A stretch of 63,131 nucleotides of DNA, counting the filler, from Rozella allomycis CSF55 (Eukaryota): the NCBI GenBank assembly GCA_000442015.1. It is 13 parts of 13 records of this genome, joined end to end, with 100 filler letters (N's around TTAATTAATTAA, not from the genome) between each part and the next. Parts side by side here need not be neighbours in the genome. Positions count along the whole stretch, not along the records: positions 1 to 1,534 come from KE560982.1; positions 1,635 to 3,413 come from KE560983.1; positions 3,514 to 6,514 come from KE560984.1; positions 6,615 to 9,032 come from KE560985.1; positions 9,133 to 28,915 come from KE560988.1; 8 more parts are not named here. The stretch is one strand, 5' to 3'. Below, in pieces: positions 1-13,253 of this stretch (positions are counted from its first letter, which is position 1; the number at the start of each line of letters is the position of its first letter). The position numbers and the translations under genes are program-made. The notes beneath the pieces are model-generated. The model had not been told where the DNA came from. It did not search any database and saw only the letters and a program-made list of their open reading frames with translations.

Positions 1-123
1 GAATATGAAGAGTATTTAGCTCTGAGACAATTTTATGGAAATTTTATTGTAATTGTAAGATTTGAGTGTGCAATTGTCAATTTGAAGTTATATTATTTTC
101 AAACGGTAGCATCGTGGCTTGGT

Positions 124-1534
124 ATGTCTGAAGAAAAAATTGACGAACAAGAAAACTTTTCTGAAGAGGAGTATTCTGGAGAAGAGGAAGAATTTCATAC
201 ATTTGAGGAGGAGAAGACTGGAGATTCTAATTTAAGTGCCGCTGAGAAAAAGAGAAAGTATAAGGAATTAAAAGAATCTAGAAAAAAGCATAAGCCAAAT
301 TATGAAGAAATATCTAAGGCTAAAAAATTATGGGAAATTGCCAGGAATACCAAAGTAGATGAAAAAGAAAGAGATGAAGCTATGAGTGAACTTGTGTCCA
401 CTATTAAAGGAAAACTTGGTGATGTAAAAAATATTTTTCCTGTAAATAAGATAAGTTTGAAAAGAGATGCGTCAAGAATTATACAAACATGTCTAAAGCA
501 AGGGACGCCAGAACAGAGATTACTAATTGCTTCAGAATTGAAAGGCAGCTACGTTAGTCTCTCTATGAATATGTATAGCAAGTTTATTGTCACTAAAGTT
601 TTAAATTATTGGTAAACTTTTGATGTTGTAATTGTAGCCCTTCTATGAGAAATGACATTGTAAATGAATTTCGTGGACAAATTGTAAAGTTGATAAAACA
701 TAAAGATGCCAGCAGCGTTATCGATGAAATTTTTCAAGTTTATGCTAATGCTTCACAGAAATTAACTTTGATTGAAGAATTTTTTGGATCTCAATTCATT
801 ATTTTGAAAAAGATTGATAAATCTTTAACTGTGGAGAAACTGTTTGAAAATGAGCCTAACAAAAGGGATGTCATAATGAAACATATGGGAACCACTTTGC
901 AAAGCATTGTGAATAAAGGATCTCTCCAATTCGCCTTGGTTCATCGAGTTCTCCATGATTTTCTTCTCTATGCCACTCCTTCTGAAGCAAAGGATTTGAT
1001 TGAAATGTTGAAAGAAATTGTGTTGGCTGAGCTTGTCCACACTAAGGAGGGAATGTTTGTGGCCCTTTGCGTTTTAGCCCAAAGCGAGGCCAAACAGCGC
1101 AAGTCAATTGTCAAAGGCCTTAAACAACATTTGGAGAAAATTTTGCTCGATGAATTTGGCGCTATATTTGTAGTTGGTGTTTTTTATCTCATGGACGATA
1201 CAGTCCTAGTCTCCAAAGCTATCCTTTTGGTATTTTCATCTTTAACATTTCATTTAGGATTATTTTCATAAATTGGATGATTTTATTGTTAATGAAAATG
1301 CCAGAAAAATCATTTTGTATTTGTTATGTGGATCAAGTCCAAAATGTTTTTCTCCTTTTGTCATTCAAACCCTGGAAAAAGTTTCCAAATTTTCCAAATC
1401 CAAAAAGGATTTGAAGCAAAAAGAAAAAGAACTTTTAGACTTTTCTAAGCCTTACTTGGTCGATTATTTCAAGAAAAAAGGTGAAAGTTTGTTAACTAAG
1501 GATTCAATTTCATCTTTTATTGCTCAGAATATTC
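124..1534 (+). CDS. PUF6: Pumilio/Puf-A family RNA-binding protein (3' truncated by gap)
   Basis: Acidic/basic N-terminus then PUF-like repeats (KRDASRIIQTCLKQG, KHKDASSVIDE, ELVHTKEG); mini-introns 424-450, 612-637, 1230-1257. Confidence 0.9.
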
Positions 1535-1634
1535 NNNNNNNNNNNNNNNNNNNNNNNNNNNNNNNNNNNNNNNNNNNNTTAATTAATTAANNNNNNNNNN
1601 NNNNNNNNNNNNNNNNNNNNNNNNNNNNNNNNNN
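1535..1634. other. Artificial contig spacer N-TTAATTAATTAA-N (stops in all six frames); recurs near 3413, 6515, 9033, 28916, 30663, 38500, 44414, 52164, 55902, 57804, 61738
   Basis: Identical 12-mer centred in ~44-nt N runs at every gap. Confidence 0.97.
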
Positions 1635-2866
1635 GACATCTAAGGATTGTTCGAAATGATTCACATAAGGATTTGGAAGTACCATCATCTTTTTCAGAAC
1701 TTGGATTTTCATAAACCATACTTGGTTTTATACTTGGATCAAAAGGTGTAACAGCAGTAATACAATCATTCATCTTTGGTCTCTTTAGTAAATTTGAAAC
1801 ATAACTTTTCTGATGCAGTATAATAGTCTTATTGTGTCTATTTCGAAATAACTCTAACCCTAAAACATATTTGCATTCACCCAAATCAGACATTTCAAAT
1901 CGTTTCTTCANATCATTCATCTTTGGTCTCTTTAATAAATTTGAAACATAACTTTTCTGATGCAGTATAATAGTCTTATTGTGTCTATTTTGAAATAACT
2001 CTAACCCTAAAACATATTTGCATTCACCCAAATCAGACATTTCAAATCGTTTCTTCAGAGAATTAATTATTAAATTTATTGTTTTTTCCTTTCCTGCAAT
2101 AATCAAATCACCAACATATAGACTAATAAATCCAACAATTTGATTATTAAACCACGTTTAATATAGATACAAGGATCAGAACTAGCTGGAGAGTAACCTT
2201 CACTTTGTAAAAATTTGTCAATCTCACAATTCCAAAGATGCGGCGCTTGTCTTAAACCATAAAGTGATTTCTTAAAAAGACAAACCTTGTTATTGCCTAA
2301 AGTAATTCCTAAACCAACTGAACCATCATATACACGGGTTTGTCTAAAGGTGCAAGAAGAAAAGTAGTTTTCACGTCAAGTTGATGATTTCAAGATCTTG
2401 GGTTGCTGCGATCGTGAGGAGCATGCGAATAGAAACCATATGCGAAACAGGAGCCGAAAGAGAATCTTCTTAAAAATGAACATTAGCAACTTGAGAATAT
2501 CCTCGAGCAACAAGTCTAGCTATATATCGAGCAATAGAACCATCTGTATTTCTTTTAATTCGAAAAACCCATCTATTTGATATTGGAACTTCACCTATAG
2601 GTAAATCAGTAATGTCCCAAGTTGACTTCTTATTAAAGCTACTTAGTTCTTTATTGACAGCTTCTTATCCACAAAGATTCATCAAGTCGTCCTTTGATTT
2701 CAGTATAATGTTCCGGAACTTCAGGAAGCCTATATAGAGTACAAGCAGAGTAATCAACCTTCTTACATGTTCTTCGACTATTTTCTGGAAGGATATTTTT
2801 GAAAGAGATATCAGAATATATTNTCATTACACCTCCCTCTTCTATTTCTGTTTCATCGACAAACAC
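1635..2866 (-). mobile_element. Degenerate Ty1/copia LTR-retrotransposon pol (RT) fragment
   Basis: FEMSDLGECKYVLGLE, LKKSLYGLRQAP, KARLVARG, LYVGD (mutated YVDD); frameshifts. Confidence 0.9.
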
Positions 2867-4269
2867 CTAACCCTAAACCCTTTGTTTAAATACCCTATTA
2901 CTTCATTTGTAGAGGATATTGAATTAACGTAGTGTTCTGACACTTTTACTTGAATTTAAGCCTGGTAAACGAAAAGAACTTTCAAAAAATCTTGTAAAAA
3001 GATTTCATGTTTGTTTAAAGACCTTATTACTTCAGAAACACATTATTTGGTAGACTATTGCTGTAATCTTTATTGCCCTTGAACAATGCATATTTTGTGG
3101 TACGAGTCATAAGGCTATCATTAACGGTTGAGTTTAAGGCTGGATAAACAATCAGAACTTTCAAAAAGTCCGCATCATAAAGAAATTTTAGATAAGTGAA
3201 GAGATGTCTAGGCCTTATGTAAACTTCCATAGGTTTAAAGAAATCATCATTTCGAGGATCATGTAATTTTCAGTTTAACAATTTAGAACCAAAATTTATA
3301 TTCTCTAACTCTAGAGCTATAGANAGTTTAACAATTTAGAACCAAAATTTATATTCTCTAACTCTAGAGCTATAGATATATGGAATTCTCTCTTGTCACG
3401 TTTCGCATCTGCTNNNNNNNNNNNNNNNNNNNNNNNNNNNNNNNNNNNNNNNNNNNNTTAATTAATTAANNNNNNNNNNNNNNNNNNNNNNNNNNNNNNN
3501 NNNNNNNNNNNNNTTGTAAAAGGTTAAACTTTTTATACGACTGAATAAGTAATATTTTTGTACATTACACGAATTTATCTGCGATAGCTTATCAAACCCG
3601 GTGGCGACATTTTTTTCGATATTTCCAAAAAAAGGGTTCAAATTCAGTTNTCAATCGACTCAGAAGTCTGATTTGCAATCTTCTGTGGTCTCTTACGAGG
3701 CCTGAAAGAATTTTTGTTAGCAAATTACCTTTAATTTTTTATCTAGCTCACGAAATTCTTGGCTCTGTGGTTTCAAATCGCAGTCCATTTCCTGCAGGCA
3801 CTCAATGCGAAGTGCTTCGTCTCGTTTGTAAAAGGTTAAACTTTTTATACGACTGAATAAGTAATATTTTTGTACATTACACGAATTTATCTGCGATAGC
3901 TTATCAAACCCGGTGGCGACATTTTTTTCGATATTTCCAAAAAAAGGGTTCAAATTCAGTTCAATTTTCTTAATGTTGATTTTTCCGAAACAAAGTTTTA
4001 GGTAAAAATCGGTTTCAAAATTACCTAGAAAATTTACGAAAAACCGGATGAACTGCCTGCTCCCCTGGGACGACTTGGAAATTTCCAAAAATATTGGCTC
4101 CCCTGATCTTCAGTTTTACCAATTTAATCTTTAGTATTACTTATTTTAGCAATTTGGGTAAAGGCTTAAAGCGTTAGTACAATCTCAACACTAAACGTTT
4201 GATATTCACAGTCACTTAAATAAAGGATTGTCTAAAAGTTTATACAATTATTTTATTTTTAATATTAAT

Positions 4270-5279
4270 CTATTTTTTAATTCTTCCATTTCTTTCCAGA
4301 GTAGGATCAACAAGATTCCACGCCCCACGCTCTTCACTGTTTAATGCAGGATTAGGGAAAGTATCTTTCAAACCTCCCAATGATGTATACCTTTGTGTAA
4401 CAAACATTCACATTACCCCAAATTATACAAAGAGCAATATGGAACATTGTATTTTCTGAGGTATTCCCACACGTCATGATAACTCCAGTCAAGAATTGGA
4501 TTGACTCTCATAAAGCGAGGCCAATCTTTATCAGTCAATTGAAATTCTTGTAGATCTTTTGAATAAGGGTCTGTTCGCCTGGTCCCGATAAAAATCGCTT
4601 TACAATCAAGTAACTGTTGTTTAAATGAAGAGAGAGCTTGTTTCATTTTTGCCGCGATTCTGTAAACTTTAATTGGATATCTGTCTATCTGGAAGTATGA
4701 AAGATTACCTGAATGCGCACCATTTCACAAACAACTCAACTTGGGGAAATGATTCATCACATGATACATATAATGCCGGAATCATTACGCTGTCGATGTT
4801 TAGCGTTTGAAGAAAGCTGTAGAGGAGGTGTAGGAGAACGGTGCAATCTTTGCCGCCATTGAAGCTAATAGCTAATTCGCTGAATCTAACAACATAAATG
4901 GGTCATTATACTTGTATCTTTCAAACGCAGTTTCCAATATACTTAATGTATGCCTAATTCTCTCATTCAATTGACTTGATAAAATTTCACTCGCCAATTG
5001 TGGTGGTATGCCATGTTCGTTTACAGCTCTAACATCAATGATATCTTCCACAGAAATATATTTTAACAAATATTCCACTTGTTTAGAGCCGTAAGAGATA
5101 TATGAATTTGTAATATACACATACAAAGGCTTTTCTATTCCTAATCGCTCGCTGCATTGTTTTTCCATGAGATCCGTAACTTCTTTTTTGTCGCATAATT
5201 CTAAAGTTAGTCCATTTGATTCTTTTAATTTGATTATAGCATCTTTCTCAATCAAAATGCAAGTGACCACTTGCGCCAT
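4270..5279 (-). CDS. FAD1: FAD synthetase (PAPS-reductase-like family) with N-terminal extension
   Basis: Spliced AISFNGGKDC, GTRRTDP, RVNPILDWSY, GYTSLGG; three 26-28 nt introns. Confidence 0.9.
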
Positions 5280-6614
5280 CCAGAAATTTACAATTTACAG
5301 AATAGATATTTAAAATACACTATACTCTACTTTATTGCTTGACATATCCAATGGACGTCCAATTTGAAACTTATGCAAGCATCACTGGGTTTGGAAAAGG
5401 TGTTTTTTGCTTCCAGCGCAGTCACATTTTTGCCCATGTGCAGAGTTTAAAGATTACAAATTATATGTTAAAGAAATTCTCGATGAATGTTTGTTGTTCA
5501 ACAGTCACTCACTTACAAAAGTCTCGTCGTTGAATGAGAATCCAAATATGCTTGGCATTCCGTTAAATTGTTCCATTTTACTACAAAGGAAGTTAGGAAC
5601 TGTTTATCTATTGATAAATCGCGAATTATGATCTAGAACTTCACCTGGTACATTGGAATATGAATACATGTGTAATTCCGAGGATTACCTGATAGACATC
5701 GTTTTTAATAGTACCATGTAACATGTTTGTCCTCTCTATTACTTAAAATTTAAAAATTCTCTTTCATATATTGTAACTCTTGGTAATCATCTGTGTTGCA
5801 CATGTTAAAGTTTATCATGACACAAAAAGCATACATCTACCGTGATCTGCCAAATTTAACAGTGACGATGCTTTTTAGACATTGTTAGTTGAATCATCCT
5901 TACTTGCTGGGAAATCATCGGAAATGAGGATCAAAATAGAAATCCATGACTGCCAGAGGCCCAGAATATATAAAAAGAGTTACATTAAACGGAAATTAAT
6001 TATCGTTTTCAATTATTATTAAAGTAATTTAAAAGAAAACTAATAAATAAACTCTTTTAGACTTTTTTATTTTATTTAAAGGGTCGTATTTATACCCCGT
6101 CCCTGGTTTCTCACTTCTTTCCTGAAATTTCCTTCTCACTCTCATTTTTTAGGCTTTGCGGCTGTGTTATACCCATAAATCGAAATTCTTGCTATGTCTC
6201 TTGACTACCTCACTAAATAATAGACCGGAAGTGAGAGCAGCCGGATTGCTAACTCTTCCACTTCCAACAATTATGAGTTATTCTAACATTGATTTTACTA
6301 TTATTGGAGTCTGAAACGCGAGATTTCATTGTTAAAAAACTCAAATGATTGAAAACGAGAATTAATTTCCGTTTAATGTGAGTGTACACGGGGTAGGGAA
6401 AGGGAAAATTCCTTTTTCATACAACTTACCCATAGTCACAAAAAACAGTCTCCCGAGAGGTTTTGACCTCTTAAAACCAAATAAAATGCCCTACTACAAA
6501 CAGCATTTTACAAANNNNNNNNNNNNNNNNNNNNNNNNNNNNNNNNNNNNNNNNNNNNTTAATTAATTAANNNNNNNNNNNNNNNNNNNNNNNNNNNNNN
6601 NNNNNNNNNNNNNN

Positions 6615-7760
6615 TATACAAATGACGTGTTTAGCATCAAACGAATAAAGACATGGGGAATGAGAATAACATGACCATTAATGGAACGGCGTTTCAATTT
6701 AATTAACCCGTTAACCCGCTTTCTTGAATGTCTTGAAATGTCATATTAGTCTCGGGAGTCACTGTATTATTGGGAGACACTACCTTTGGCAAGACACGCA
6801 TTGTAATGATCCTTTCAAATAGATCAGAGTACTTCCCAAGGTTTAACATGTACAAATTTCTCAAAGCGCCAATTAACTTCTTAAGTATTGAATTCCAGGC
6901 TTCTTCATTGCATACATTTGCGATGATATCACAAAATATTTCTAATGATCTGCAATGCCCACCAATTTCAGCCACGCATTGTTCAACAAATAAATTTTGC
7001 AACACCCCCGCATTTAATCTATTCGATACTATCTTCCGTGAAGACTCCATACTCAAGTATTCTAATTCAATTCTCAAAGGAAAATAGCTTGTCCTTGCAA
7101 CACTGTCAAACACTTTTCCAATATCTGTCCCGGCTGTTACAAACACCACAAACGGATCCGATTTACACAGAATACAACCGAAAGTTCTATACATGTCTGA
7201 TGTATAACACCACAAAACAATTACTATTAAATACGGTCATATTTAATGATGCGACTAAACTTACTTCATCCACACCGACCACAATCATTTTGCTACTGCA
7301 GCGTAATTGAATTAACTTAATGACATCAGTCAGTGACACCCGGAATTTTTCTGGTAACTCTAATTTAAAAATAGTTTTCAATATTCGAGAACCAATGATG
7401 CTGTCAACCTCATATCCATACTCACCATCTTTATAGACTGTACCATTTCCAAATGTGATGTTAATAAATGTTGCCTCATTTATTATTTTCTTTAGCTCGT
7501 CATTGCCATAACTTTGTACGAAATCTTTAAATGAAAGTCTCAATTCTGCCAAAAATCTTGTCTTGCCTGTTCCTGGCCCATCCGCTAAAAACGGTATTGG
7601 ATGTCCTATCCGATTCGCCTTGCATCCACGCCTCTCATCGTTTTTGTGTGGATTGCAGCAAAGTGTTCATGGCCTTGTCTCTATCTAGAAATTCCATTTT
7701 CATGCCTGACGATTTCAATATAGCCTATACAAACCATAAATAGAATATTACCTCATCATC
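6615..7760 (-). pseudogene. Crinkler/RHS-type P-loop NTPase pseudogene
   Basis: HPIPFLADGPGTGKTRFL (Walker A), ITFGNG, IVVGVDE (Walker B), IGGHCRSLE; premature stop, frameshifts, 8-nt duplication CGGGTTAA. Confidence 0.7.
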
Positions 7761-9132
7761 ACGAACAGCATAGTCCTTATAGTATTCACACAGTTCATTA
7801 AACGTCAATTTCGTAGCTTATGTATATCTTTAAAAATTCGTCTTACATATTGTTGCAGCGCCAGGTTCACTAATAGGCACTTGTTGAAAATTTTGTTGCA
7901 GTAGAAAGACTGCTCATTTTAGTTTAGTTTTAGCCCTCTCTAAAGAACTAATGTTATCATTGAGCTGCCTGGTGTTTTTGTGTTCCTTCCCATACAAATC
8001 TTTATCCATCTCAGACCATTCAATATGCGGCAAGTCCTTCAAGGTCTCGATATAGTTGACTTTTTTTGAATATCATGTATTTTCGCGTTTAGGGAATCTA
8101 TTTCCGCTTGTAAATCCATTTTATGTTAACAGCAGGGGTAATGTGTATTGACTTTTTGTTCAAAAAATAATGAATTTTTATGAAATTATCTTGACGGCTC
8201 AGGGCATGGACTCATTGTCAATTAACTAAAGGGCATTTTTTTATATTTTAAATATTTTTTATTTTAAGTAAAGGAAGGGGAAACCATTCGTCAAAATCAC
8301 CTTGGGATCCAAATCCCTCCTGAAAATTTCAAAAGAATTTAAGCTTTAAAAACCGCATCCATTGGCATTGGGAATTGAACACAGGGTTTTGACAAGGCAA
8401 TAACTTATCTTTTTCTTAATTTTAATAAATGTGGTTTCTTTAGTATGGATTGATTTGTTTTTCTTAGTATTATTATTCAATTGATAAAGAAATACTTAAT
8501 AAAACTTGAAAAGAGTTTGAGTAGTAACGATTGTTTATTTATTTTCCGATCTCTTCTTGTATCCTGATTCTTCCCTAGATACCATCAGATAAGCTTCGTC
8601 ACACTTCAATTTCTCACTAGAAATCCCATAAGGGCGAAGCTTAGCGGAGTTTGCATAAAAAGTAAGCGGGGTTTGACAAAGTTTAAAGGTCTCCAAGTTC
8701 ACACTTGGAGACCTTTCAATGCACGCTTCCAATAAATTTGCTTCTTTAATAACATCATTTCTTCCATTTCTTTCTTCTTTATTTTCATTCTTTTCCTTTA
8801 TTTTTATCATTTTAACACTTTCCCTCGAGCGTTTACCTCCTACCTNTCACACGAAGGGTTGATCAACTATTTGAGATGAATCTACGGATTCCTCGTCTTT
8901 CTAAAATTTTTAATGAGTTAAAAGACCTGTCCGTCGGCTTTTCGTTTACACTTTCTTTAGCTTTAGCCTCTTTGGTGCCTCTGACGATAAAGCTAAAGCG
9001 CTTTTGACCCCCAGTGGCACGATATTATTTATNNNNNNNNNNNNNNNNNNNNNNNNNNNNNNNNNNNNNNNNNNNNTTAATTAATTAANNNNNNNNNNNN
9101 NNNNNNNNNNNNNNNNNNNNNNNNNNNNNNNN

Positions 9133-10058
9133 AAAATACCGCGGAGTCCAAGATTCAAGTTATTGCTAAGATCCAGGTATTTGATATTCCCTAGATTACC
9201 TTGAAAATTTTCAACAGCATCACTTCCAAACATGTTGTCTGACAAATCTAACTGATGCAAAGTTCCTAAGTAATCAACGAATTTATTCAATGTTTCATCA
9301 TTCATATATGTTTTCCTTAAAACAAGTTTCGATATTTTCCCTGCCATTAACAGCTTTCCAATTCCTTCACCAGCTTGTGACAAATCAATACCTTGAATTC
9401 TAAGAGATCTTACATTTGTATTGATTAAAGATACTAACAAATCTGTTGAAAGTTGTTTCCTAAAGAAATCTGGCTCGAGGTAAAGATTGACAAATCCTAA
9501 GTGAGTAAGGGATGACAAAGCCCTTCTGTTCGCCATATTGGTAACATTTTGAAGTATCCAGCTATGACAATCGTAAAATTTCAATGAATGAATTTTATGG
9601 GTGAAAGGATCTGTAAAGAACTCATTTGGAATAACAGAAAATAGATTAGAATTAATGATAGCCTTGAATTGTTTTCTGATTGGAGCCAAAGCTTTAATCC
9701 ATTCTTTAGGTTCCCTATATTGTACAAATATTTTGATTGGAGTCATAAGATATCCTAATTCAGTCACATTTTCAATATTTTGATAACAATCCAAATTAAT
9801 TTTGCTGTAATCCAATAGGAAATGATATTCATCGTTTTCTGCGCCTATTATAACTGAAGAGCAATTGAATATCATAGATAGAGTTCTTTTGTAAAATTTT
9901 TGCGACGAAGTTAAGTTATGTGTTTGAATTTCGAATAACTGTATAATTTCTTGTCCATTCAAGTATTTAAAAATATTAATATCGATATCAAAGTTGGTAG
10001 AGAAGGCAATAAATGCGTGTATAGACTTTAAGAGGGCAAGAATAATGACTATTCTCAT
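9133..10058 (-). CDS. Predicted secreted leucine-rich-repeat protein with F-box-like N-terminal motif (3' truncated)
   Basis: Signal-like MRIVIILALLKSIHA; DINIFKYLNGQEIIQL; LRRs LHQLDLSDN, IKYLDLSNN; intronless. Confidence 0.7.
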
Positions 10059-10153
10059 ATCGAAATTTTAAGTATATTGAACAATTTTATCATTATTTAA
10101 TTATTTAATTCAAATTAGCCAAATTCATTTTATTGCGTAATATTAATGACGCT

Positions 10154-13100
10154 CTATTTATAATCGGTGACAGGAGGGCAAGTGCAAATTACATTTCGGT
10201 CCCCAAAAGCATCATCCACACGACCTACGCTTGGCCAAAATTTAAAACGCTTCAGATTTTCAACAGGATAGGCAGCTTGATCTCTGGTATATGAATGATT
10301 CCAATCTGTTTTAATCAATGATTCAATTGTGTGAGGTGCATGAACTAGCACGTTATCGTCCTTCGGAACGACGCCTCTTTCAATAGCTTCAATTTCTCTT
10401 CTAATACCTACCATAGCTTCAATCAATCTATCAAGTTCTTTCTTTGATTCGCTTTCTGTTGGCTCAATCATGAGAGTATTTGCTACTGGCCAACTCATTG
10501 TAGGACTATGAAATCCATAATCCTGTATTGTATTTAATAAAGAATTTACTTGCAGGCGTTTAGCTATATCAATCGCTTCTATCCCACTTGATTCAAAGAA
10601 GGGACGACAATCCACAATAAATTCATGTGCAACAAACCCCCTTTCGTTTGAGTATAAAATTCTATAATAGTCTTTTAAACAAGACGCCAAATAATTTGCA
10701 TTTAAAAGAGCGTATTGAGTGGCTAGCTTTAATCCCTGAAATCCCATCAAGTGCAAGTAGCACCAAGATATATTCAATATTGAACTTGAGCCGTAAGGAG
10801 ATGCTGAAACCGGTCCAATAGACGTTTTATTATTAGAAAAAGTCATTGGATGACTTGGTAAGAAAGGAATTAAATGCTTCTTTACACATATAGGACCCAT
10901 TCCCGGACCTAGTTAAGACAGGAAAATTGTGGTACCTCCACCCCCATGAGGAATGCAGAACGTTTTATGCAAGTTTAAATGACATACATCAAATCCAAGA
11001 TCACCAGGGCGGACAATACCCACTTGAGCATTCATGTTTGCGCCGTCCATGTAGACCTGACCACCAAACCCATGAACTATACTAATAGCTTCAAATAAAG
11101 TGTTCTCAAAGACGCCAAATGTCGACGGGTATGTAATCATCATTGCGCCTAGATTTTCTTTGTGTTTTTCAGCTTTGGACTTTAAATCTTTAAGGTCAAG
11201 ATTTCCGTTAGAGTCACAGAGAATTGGAACAACTTGAAACCCAGACATTGCTTTTGTTAATAATAGATTAAATTTACCTGCGGATGCAGGATTTGTCCCG
11301 TGAGCGCTAACTGGAATTAAGCAGATGTTTCTATGAGCATGCCCATTGTTTTTATGATATTCTCTTATGGTCATTAAACCAGCGTACTCGCCTTGAGCTC
11401 CACTGTTTGGTTGGACTGAAACTCCATCGAATCCTGTCAAATATGCCAACTTGTCTTCTAATTCTTTGATCATTTGATGATAACCCAACGCTTGATTATC
11501 GGGAACAAAGGGATGAATATTGGCAACTTTAGGCCATGTGACCGGGATCATTTCAGCTGTTGCGTTCAATTTCATTGTGCAGGAGCCAAGCGGTATCATA
11601 GAATGGACAAGAGATAAATCTTTGGATTGCAATCTGTGAATATAACGAGTGATTTCTGTTTCTGAATGATATGTATTAAAAACAGGATGTTGTAAATAAT
11701 CATCAGGTCTCAATTTTGGTATTTTACATTCAACATTTTCAATTGAAAGATTTAAACTTCCAACGCTGCTTTCATTCTATTTAGAATTCTGAATACTCTT
11801 ACAGCAAAACAATAAAGAATGTCTCTCAAATCGCTTTCCATGGTAGTCTCGTCAAGAGATATTCCAATTGAATCATTGTAATATTTGAAATTTATTCCTT
11901 TTTCTTCAGCTCTATCTTTAATTCCTTTCACGTTCGCAACTTCAACTTTGATTGTATCGAAAAATTGATCATTTTCTATCGTCAAACCCAAGTATTTTAA
12001 AGCATTGTACAAAACAACTGCTTGTTTATGCACTTTAAGAGCGATTTCTTTTAAACCCTATTATAAAAACTTTTTGGAATTACTTTGGGCCCATGATACA
12101 CAGCGTACATGGCAGCCATGTTGGCCAGCAGTGCTTGTGAGGTACAAATATTAGATGTAGCCTTTTCCCTCTTAATATGCTGCTCCCTTGTTTGTAATGT
12201 CAATCTATATGCCACGTTGCCGTTTGAATCCTTTGAAACGCCTATAAACCTTCCAGGCATCTTTCTTTTAAAATTGTCCTTGACAGCAAAAAAGGCAGCA
12301 TGAGGTCCTTTTAAATATTCTTTCAATGTATTACCGCCGTATCCTAGTGGTACACCAAATCTCTGTGAATTTCCAAAAGCAATGTCACATCCCTGCCTTC
12401 CTGGAGGCTCAAGTAACGTCAAAGATAATAAATCAGTAGCGCATGCGATAAATGCGCCATTTTCATGGACATGATTTGATATTTCATTTATTGAACATAT
12501 TTTCCCATGTGTGTCTGGATATTGTATTAACACTCCAAACACTTGGGAAAAATCAATACTCTGAAACTCTTTAACAAAATCCTTAATTAAAACAGTCACC
12601 CCGAGGGGTTCTGCTCTTGTTTTGACACATGCTATTGTCTGCGAATGACAATTTACGTCAATTATGAAAGTCTTTCTATTTTTTGACGAATTCAAAAACA
12701 CATTCATGGCCTCGGCGGCTGCAGTTCCTTCATCTAATAATGATGCATTTGCGACAGGCAATCCTGTTAAATCGCAAACCATTGTTTGAAAGTTTAGCAA
12801 GGATTCTAGTCTTCCTTGAGATATTTCAGGCTGGTATGGTGTGTATTGGGTGTACCAGGCCGGATTTTCCATTATATTTCTTAATATTACTTTTGGTGTA
12901 TGACAATTTGAATAACCCATTCCAATGAAAGATCGAAATACCTTATTCTTATCCATAATTTTATCAAGACATTTTAGCAACTCGTTTTCTTCAACTCCCT
13001 GAAAAGTATTTTCAGAATCAAACTTTGATTTGGAAAGTATTTTGCTCGGTATTACCATTTCTACCAAATGGTCCAAAGAGTCACATTTCACAGTTTTGAG

Positions 13101-13196
13101 CATTTCTTTAGTGTCGATTGCATTTAATGGGCCTATATGTCGCTTTACGAATGAGGAAAATGACCTTTTGAATAAGTGGCTGACAATTAGCCTCAT
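10154..13196 (-). CDS. GCV2: Glycine dehydrogenase (glycine cleavage P protein), mitochondrial
   Basis: [47 protein letters not shown]; presequence-like start; six 26-27 nt introns. Confidence 0.97.
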
Positions 13197-13253
13197 GTTT
13201 AGCCCAGGAGGCAAATCAAAACAAAAATTTAAAATAAAAACGACATTTATTAA

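Noticed and set aside
1579-1590. Recurrent palindromic TTAATTAATTAA
   Set aside because: Always inside N runs; artificial spacer, so adjacency across it is unreliable
3514-4105. 123-aa ORF and CAGGGGAGCC end resembling a hAT terminus
   Set aside because: No second terminus or transposase motif visible; partly an n-duplication
5339-5990. Short ORFs between FAD1 and the gap
   Set aside because: No recognisable motif or consistent splice model
6091-6395. 8-bp inverted repeat TACCCCGT/ACGGGGTA (possible MITE)
   Set aside because: Too short, and no second copy in the window
8535-8810. 91-aa charged ORF
   Set aside because: Contig-end fragment without recognisable homology
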